Assembly: GCA_965213685.1 (NCBI GenBank) | Contig: CBDBZY010000003.1 | Coordinates: forward strand, 96,001 to 160,000 | Length of the DNA: 64,000 nucleotides | DNA from: a bacterium | Lineage (GTDB): Bacteria; UBA8248 | Direction: 5' to 3' | Shown here: piece after piece, positions 58,989 to 64,000 of the stretch | Layout: each line of letters starts with the position of its first letter | How positions within the stretch are numbered: position 1 is the stretch's first letter | Notes under the pieces: model-generated | The model's input: only the letters and a program-made list of their open reading frames with translations | What the model was told of the DNA's origin: nothing | Databases searched by the model: none | Program-made: the position numbers and the translations under genes

Positions 58989-59849
58989 CTAGCGCTCCGA
59001 GGCGACTTCGTCATACAAACGCTCCAGGCCCTCGCGGAAGGTGTCCTTCCTCTGCGCGAGCCAGTATGCGCCGAGCGAGGAGTCCGCGTGAAAGTATTTC
59101 AGGAATTTCGGCTCCGCGACGGCCTCCGCCTTCCCTTTGCCGGCGGCGACGGCGCCGGTCATGATGTCCATCATTCCGCCGAGGCGCTCCCGCAGCTCCG
59201 TGGCCACCTCCTTGCCGCATATCTCGCCGTGTCCCGGGACGATGGCGTCGACCTCCAGCCCCTCCACCCAGGCGAGCGCTTCTATCCACTCGCCCACGCG
59301 GGCGTCGCGCATGCCGGCGGAGGGGCCGTTGATGACGACGTCTCCGGCGAACAGAACGCCCTCCTCGGGCACGAGGACGGACGTGCACGCGGGGGAGTGG
59401 CCGCCCTTACGGTATATCTCGAACGTAAGCGGCGGCAGGTGCAGGGTGAGGCTGTCGCGGAAGCAAAACCGGGGGAGCGGGACCGCGGCGTTGGCGATTT
59501 CGTCCGCCTCCTCCGCATGCCCCTGATCCCGGAGGGTCTCCACGAATATCTCCTTGGAGAAGGCGTTTCCGCCCCGGGATATTTCCTCATAGACGTATCG
59601 GGGGGCGATGAAGTGCACATCCCCTTCGATGAACGACGCGCCCGTGGTATGATCGCCGTGGTAATCCGTGGCGATGAGATAGCGCGCGCCCAGAGGGCTG
59701 AGGCGGGAGACTTCCCTTTGCCATGCGCGCGAATCCGTCGGCCGCACCGGACAATCGAGGAGGAGGACGCCGCCATCCGTGACGGCGGCGCCCACGTTCG
59801 CCCAATCGTAGGCGGTCTCGGCATACAGGTGCTCGGACAAGCGGCGCAT
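58989..59849 (-). CDS. MBL-fold metallo-hydrolase (cyclase-like)
   Basis: ANVG, TDYHGDH, GGHS, LFAGD, VPGHG. Confidence 0.85.
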   Translation of the reverse strand: MRRLSEHLYAETAYDWANVGAAVTDGGVLLLDCPVRPTDSRAWQREVSRLSPLGARYLIATDYHGDHTTGASFIEGDVHFIAPRYVYEEISRGGNAFSKEIFVETLRDQGHAEEADEIANAAVPLPRFCFRDSLTLHLPPLTFEIYRKGGHSPACTSVLVPEEGVLFAGDVVINGPSAGMRDARVGEWIEALAWVEGLEVDAIVPGHGEICGKEVATELRERLGGMMDIMTGAVAAGKGKAEAVAEPKFLKYFHADSSLGAYWLAQRKDTFREGLERLYDEVASER

Positions 59850-59960
59850 GCGGGAGCCTCCTCCTGTGGTTGGGCGCGCGCAATCGTTCCGGGAGGGTGA
59901 AAGAATACCCCCCGGCGGCGCGCCCTGGCAAGCCGCGAGCCGAGGGCGGGGGAGCGCGTT

Positions 59961-60776
59961 TTGGAACTCATACTCCTGGGCGTGGGCGCGCCGCCGCCGA
60001 CTCCCGAGAAAAGCGGTCCGTGCAACGCCATCGTCCAGGGAGGGAGGCTCTATCTGGTCGATGCCGCTCGCGGTGCCGCGACCCAGATAGTGCGGGCAGG
60101 CTTTCGCGTCCAGAGCGTGGATCACCTGTTTTTTACGCATTTCCATTCCGACCACTACACGGGCTTCGGCGAATTTTTCCTCTCCCGGTGGATCATGGGC
60201 GCCACGACGCCGCTGCGCGTCTATGGCCCGTCGCCCGTTCAGGAGATCGTGGAGCGCATGCTGCATTATTACGCGTACGACATCGACCTCCGCGTGAATG
60301 AGGGCAAGCCCGCGAACGGGACCGAAGTCGAGGCGTCCGTGCTTGCCCCCGGCGATTCGCTCGACGTGGACGGCGTCTCCATCCGCGTGGAGGCCGGCAC
60401 GCGCCACGGCAACGTGGATGCGATTCTCTCCTATTCCTTCGCGGCGGAGGACAGAAAAATCGTCATCGCGAGCGATGGCAGCCCTACGGAGAGGCTCGTC
60501 CCCTTCGCGCGGGGTGCGGACCTTCTGGTGATGCACCCCTGCATCCCGGAGTTGATCGATGAGGAATTCGGCGGATTCCGGGGCACGGCGAAAATCGTGG
60601 CGGCCCACCACGCCACGGCGGCGGAGGTCGGAAAAACGGCCGCGCGCGCCGGCGTCGCCAGGCTCGTCTTCTCCCATGTGGTTCCCCCCCTCGCGCCGAA
60701 TGAGAGGGTGCGCGAAGCGATAGCCCCGCATTTCGACGGCCCCATCGTCGCCGGCGAGGATTTGATGCGGCTTTGA
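59961..60776 (+). CDS. MBL-fold hydrolase (RNase Z/arylsulfatase-like)
   Basis: [28 protein letters not shown]. Confidence 0.85.
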   Translation: MELILLGVGAPPPTPEKSGPCNAIVQGGRLYLVDAARGAATQIVRAGFRVQSVDHLFFTHFHSDHYTGFGEFFLSRWIMGATTPLRVYGPSPVQEIVERMLHYYAYDIDLRVNEGKPANGTEVEASVLAPGDSLDVDGVSIRVEAGTRHGNVDAILSYSFAAEDRKIVIASDGSPTERLVPFARGADLLVMHPCIPELIDEEFGGFRGTAKIVAAHHATAAEVGKTAARAGVARLVFSHVVPPLAPNERVREAIAPHFDGPIVAGEDLMRL

Positions 60777-60975
60777 TTCCGCACCCTCATGCGAAGCCGG
60801 GGCGAGCGGGCGGACCCGGTGGCGGAGATCGGTGGATGGGGATTGGGTTTTCGTCCGCCGGATGCGCCGCAGGCCGCGTCTGTGGTATGCTTCCCTCATC
60901 CAGTTCGGAGGGAAATCCATCGTTGCCTGTCAGCGGAAGATTCTGCCCTTCCATTTTCCGAGAGGAGGAAACGGG

Positions 60976-61986
60976 ATGAGAAAGCTGTTTGGTTTTCTGG
61001 GTCTGGCTCTTGTTCTGGGTTTCACGCCCGTGGGTTTCGGCGCCATGGACGCGCAGGCGGCCAAGTTCCGCATCGGAATGCATCGCCAGACGTTCGGCTC
61101 CTTCACGGCGGTCGCCATGGGGATGGGCTATTTCGACGAGGAATTTGGAAAGGGCAACTGGTCGGTCAAGGTATTCGCGCAGGGCAAGCTCGTCATCGAG
61201 GCGCTGCTCTCCCGCAGTCTCGACGTGGGCCACGGCGCCACGCGGCCCTTTGTGGACGGCGTGGCGAAAAAAGCGGGCCTGACGATGATCTCCGTCAGCT
61301 CCTCCTGGTGCAAGTCCATCTCCATATGGGTGCCGCTCGACTCCCCGATCAAGACGGTGGCCGACCTCCGGGGCAAGACCATCGCCGAGAAGAAGGGCAC
61401 GTCCACCCACTTCGTTCTGGACAACGGCATCCTGCCCGCGTTCGGCATGAAGCCGCGCGACCTCAAGATCATGAACACCACGACGGCGGAGCGCCTCTCC
61501 GCCTATCGGGCGAAGGTGGTTTCCGCCATGGTCATCGGCGCGCCCACGTCGTTCCGCCTCACGGACAAGAAATGGGGCCGGCCCATCGTTGATTACTGCA
61601 AATACGACAACCCGCCGGCCATGATCTTCATCGAGCTGGCGAATCCCCGAACGCTGAAGAGCAACCCGGATGGGGTCGTCAAGTATCTGCGCGCCTACCT
61701 CAAATCCGCCCAGCTCTGGAAAAAGGACCCGGACAAGTTCGCCAAGGTCTACCACAAGTGGCTCATAGCCAAGGGACGCAAGGTCGATTACTCCATCGCC
61801 AGGCGCGCCATCAACGTGGTGCGGCCGCTCTACAAGATCACCCCGCGCATCATCAACGCGCTCAACGCGACGGCCAAGGTGCAGAAGGGCCGGGGCAAGA
61901 TTCGCCGCCTGCCGGATTTCGCGGGCGGCGAGGGCATCGCCGGCGAGGCGCTCAAGAAGGCGCTGGCCAGCATGAATATGAACTAG
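60976..61986 (+). CDS. SsuA/TauA/NMT1-like ABC substrate-binding protein
   Basis: Signal peptide AQA-A, GYFDEE, F..G..V.EAL, DSPIKTVADLRGKTIA..KGTS; extended -10 TGnTATGCT at 60883-60891. Confidence 0.85.
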   Translation: MRKLFGFLGLALVLGFTPVGFGAMDAQAAKFRIGMHRQTFGSFTAVAMGMGYFDEEFGKGNWSVKVFAQGKLVIEALLSRSLDVGHGATRPFVDGVAKKAGLTMISVSSSWCKSISIWVPLDSPIKTVADLRGKTIAEKKGTSTHFVLDNGILPAFGMKPRDLKIMNTTTAERLSAYRAKVVSAMVIGAPTSFRLTDKKWGRPIVDYCKYDNPPAMIFIELANPRTLKSNPDGVVKYLRAYLKSAQLWKKDPDKFAKVYHKWLIAKGRKVDYSIARRAINVVRPLYKITPRIINALNATAKVQKGRGKIRRLPDFAGGEGIAGEALKKALASMNMN

Positions 61987-62015
61987 GTCATTCGCGGCGG
62001 GGGGCTTGCTCCCCG

Positions 62016-62061
62016 GGCTGCGGAGGCGTTCTTTCGGGGGCCTCCGCAGCCTTTGTTGTTT
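62016..62061 (+). terminator. Intrinsic terminator
   Basis: 12-bp stem ggctgcggaggc/gcctccgcagcc followed by tttgttgttt. Confidence 0.75.
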
Positions 62062-62096
62062 GGTTCGGCGGAGCGAAATTCCACGGGGCGCGGCCG

Positions 62097-63182
62097 GTGG
62101 CGAGACTCAAAATTGCGGGAATAGAGGCCAAGTCGGCCCGGGTGCCCCTCGCCCGGGCGATAGGGAGTGCGAACAGCACGAAGTCGGTGCTCGATTATTT
62201 GCTGGTTTTTCTGCACACCGAGAATGGTCCGACGGGCTGCGGCTTCGTGATGGGACTGGGCGGGGAGACTTCGCGCACGCTGGTTCCCTATGTCGAGAAC
62301 GAGCTCGCCCCGCTGGCGGTCGGGCAGGATGCGCTCGCACCGGAGGCGCTTTGGCGGCGACTCTGGGGTCCCAACAAGGCGAGGATGCGGGGCGGCCTCG
62401 GCGTCCAGGCGCTGTCCGCCGTGGATACCGCCTGCTGGGACGCGCTCGCCAAGGCGGCGGGAATGCCGCTCTGCCGAATCCTGGGCGGCTTCCGGAGCAG
62501 GATGCCGGTATACGGCAGCGGCGGCTGGCTCACGTTCACGGACGCCGAGATGGTGAGCGAATGCCAGGGGTTCATGGAGAAGGGCATCCGCGCCTACAAA
62601 CTGAAGCTGGGCACCCGTCGCGACGAGGAGCGCATCCGCATCCTGCGAAAAGAGGCGGGCGAGGCGGTCGTCCTGTTCGCGGACTCGAACCAGAAGTACA
62701 ACGTGGCCGAAGCCCTGGAGGTGGCCGCGATGCTCGCCGAATATGACGTGAAATGGTTCGAGGAGCCGGTGCTGGCGGACTCCGTGGACGATCTGCAGGA
62801 GGTGGCCCGGAGGAGCCCGACGCCGATCGCGGCGGGAGAAAACGCCTATATGCGCTGGGGCTTTCGGGAGATTTGCGAGAGGAGGGCGGCGGCGTTCCTC
62901 CAGCCCGACGTGGGCCGCTGCGGCGGCGTGACGGAGTTCCGCAAGGCGGCCCACCTGGCGGAGGCCCACCGTCTTTCCCTGTGCAGCCATTTGCTGCAGG
63001 AGGTGTCCGTGAGCCTCCTCGCCGCCACCCCGAGCGGGTACATGGTGGAGTATGTGGAGATGCTGCCCCCGGACGCCCTGACGCGGGATTTCCCCGTTGT
63101 GGACGGCTGCATGGAGGTTCCCGACGCACCCGGACACGGGATGGAGTTTGCGGAGCGTGCGATGCGAAAGTATTGCGCTTGA
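62097..63182 (+). CDS. Mandelate racemase/muconate lactonizing enzyme family (enolase superfamily)
   Basis: SAVDTACWD..AK, KLK, DSN, WFEEP, AGEN, QPD, SH, E, PG.G. Confidence 0.92.
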   Translation: MARLKIAGIEAKSARVPLARAIGSANSTKSVLDYLLVFLHTENGPTGCGFVMGLGGETSRTLVPYVENELAPLAVGQDALAPEALWRRLWGPNKARMRGGLGVQALSAVDTACWDALAKAAGMPLCRILGGFRSRMPVYGSGGWLTFTDAEMVSECQGFMEKGIRAYKLKLGTRRDEERIRILRKEAGEAVVLFADSNQKYNVAEALEVAAMLAEYDVKWFEEPVLADSVDDLQEVARRSPTPIAAGENAYMRWGFREICERRAAAFLQPDVGRCGGVTEFRKAAHLAEAHRLSLCSHLLQEVSVSLLAATPSGYMVEYVEMLPPDALTRDFPVVDGCMEVPDAPGHGMEFAERAMRKYCA

Positions 63183-63194
63183 GGAGGAGCGGGT

Positions 63195-64000
63195 TTGGCG
63201 AAGAGAATCGCGTTTCTGGGTCTGGGCAACATGGGCGGTGCCCTCGCCGCGAACCTGGTGAAGGCCGGCTTCGAGGTGCGGGGCCATGACCCGAGCCCGA
63301 CGGCGCGGGAGGCGGCGGAAAAAGCGGGCGTCCGCGTTTTCGATTCTCCCGCCGAGGCGGCCCAAGGGGCGGAGTATGTGTGCAGCTCGGTTCCCGCAGG
63401 AGCGCACGTGCGGGATGCCTACCTCGGCGAGAGAGGCGCGCTGCTCACGGCGGCGGCGGGCGCCGTCTGCTTTGATTTCTCCACCATCCTGCCCGAGGAG
63501 AGCATCGCCATCGCCGAGGAGGCCGGGGAGCGCGGCTTTCATTTTCTGGACACCCCCGTCAGCGGAAACGCGCTCATCGCGCGCGATGCGAAAATCGGCC
63601 TCATGGTGGGAGGTGACAAGGGGGTGCTGGACGCGCACCGGTCGGTGCTGGACGGCGTGTGCGCGCTGCTGGATTATTTCGGCCCCAACGGCGCGGGCCT
63701 GCGGATGAAGCTGATAACGAACCAGCTGGTGGCGTGCCAGCTGTGCGCCCTGGCGGAAGGATTGACCCTGGGCGTGAAATCGGGCCTCGATCCGGATCAG
63801 ATGATGGCGTATCTCTATTCGAGCACGGTGTTTCGCGTCATGCGCACGCGCGGCTGGGGACTGAGAAAAAAAGAGTATGAACCCGTGAAATTCGCCCTCG
63901 CCCTCATGCACAAGGACCTGGACCTCATTCAGCGCTTCGCTCGCACAAACGGCGCGCCCCTGCCGCTCACCGACGCGGTGCGAGAGGCGTATCAAGGGGC
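63195..64000 (+). CDS. 3-hydroxyisobutyrate/6-phosphogluconate-dehydrogenase-family NAD(P) oxidoreductase (3' partial; absent from ORF track)
   Basis: TTG start after GAGGAGG; IAFLGLGNMG, DFST, DTPVSG, MVGG, MKLITN, F.L..M.KDL; open to the window end. Confidence 0.9.
   Translation, partial: MAKRIAFLGLGNMGGALAANLVKAGFEVRGHDPSPTAREAAEKAGVRVFDSPAEAAQGAEYVCSSVPAGAHVRDAYLGERGALLTAAAGAVCFDFSTILPEESIAIAEEAGERGFHFLDTPVSGNALIARDAKIGLMVGGDKGVLDAHRSVLDGVCALLDYFGPNGAGLRMKLITNQLVACQLCALAEGLTLGVKSGLDPDQMMAYLYSSTVFRVMRTRGWGLRKKEYEPVKFALALMHKDLDLIQRFARTNGAPLPLTDAVREAYQG

Overview
GC-rich bacterial chromosomal window with no phage, integrase, transposase or CRISPR array. In order it holds: the end of an NtrC/Fis-type regulator; a UDP-GlcNAc operon (split GlmU, a GlmU paralog degenerate in both active sites, glmS, a long glmM); uvrD/pcrA; gatC plus late futalosine-type menaquinone genes; an HMG-CoA-synthase-DUF35 fusion with a thiolase; an Rdx (SelW-like) CxxU selenoprotein missed by the ORF track, coupled to a MOSC gene; amtB-glnK; a di-haem cytochrome c gene with PhnDCE-like ABC genes behind a palindromic operator; tRNA-Glu; a ~23 kb surface-glycan island; and assorted catabolic hydrolases and oxidoreductases. 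The island carries pseB, two NeuB-family synthases, three cytidylyltransferase domains and, unexpectedly, a translationally coupled LarA-family nickel-pincer racemase/epimerase. Several genes have single-base insertions in homopolymers, probably long-read assembly errors. The best novelty candidates are the LarA-containing nonulosonic-acid pathway, the di-haem/PhnD-like system, the pseudo-GlmU and the selenoprotein-MOSC pair. All calls come from motif recognition by eye; no searches were run.
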